NCBI GenBank assembly: GCA_002633005.1
Contig: NMRA01000149.1
Location: 188,572 to 252,571, forward strand
Reading direction: 5' to 3'
Origin: Phoronis australis
Lineage: Eukaryota > Animalia > Phoronida
Length of the DNA stretch: 64,000 bases
The first letter of the stretch is position 1, and each line of letters starts with the position of its first letter. A program made the position numbers and the translations under genes. The notes beneath the pieces were generated by a model that was not told the origin of the DNA, made no database searches, and worked only from the letters and a program-made list of their open reading frames with translations. Positions 63,828 to 64,000 of this stretch are shown piece by piece.

Positions 63828-64000
63828 CATAGGCGGATTTAGGAGGGGGCCCAGGGGGCCCGGCCCCCCCCCCTCCCCCTTGGCTGGCGCAAAAAAAATA
63901 AAACAGCAAGAGCGTAGGGAAACGTTGAGTTTATTAATTTGCCCCGGTAATTAAAATTATGCGGATGAAAAATGATTTAAATGTGTGCAGTTTTAGTGTT
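63828..64000 (+). mobile_element. Left end of a GC-rich MITE related to 51043-51201
   Basis: cataggcggatttaggagggggcccagggggcccggccccccc; the right end is not in the window. Confidence 0.5.

Overview
AT-rich animal genomic DNA (intron-rich, probably an invertebrate bilaterian; species not determinable) from a draft assembly with two N-gaps and two single-N joins. Three spliced protein-coding genes can be rebuilt by hand with phase-consistent GT-AG junctions. (1) The last four coding exons of the proteasome lid subunit PSMD13/Rpn9 (+, 1353-5468). (2) A complete six-coding-exon Gfo/Idh/MocA myo-inositol 2-dehydrogenase (IolG)-like gene (-, 17823-8533, 343 aa). (3) The two coding exons of an SPSB1/4-gustavus SPRY-SOCS box gene (-, 26564-24197, 276 aa). 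The remaining ~37 kb is non-coding (probably the large SPSB 5' intron or upstream region) and holds many non-autonomous DNA transposons (Kolobok-like, Harbinger-like, foldback MITEs, Helentron/HINE-type) and minisatellites. The most striking observation is a Helentron/HINE-type family whose internal ~145-bp subunits (~437-bp trimeric higher-order repeat) each carry a co-oriented CTCF-like motif, 11 of them in 61641-63116. All calls come from reading the sequence; no database searches were run.
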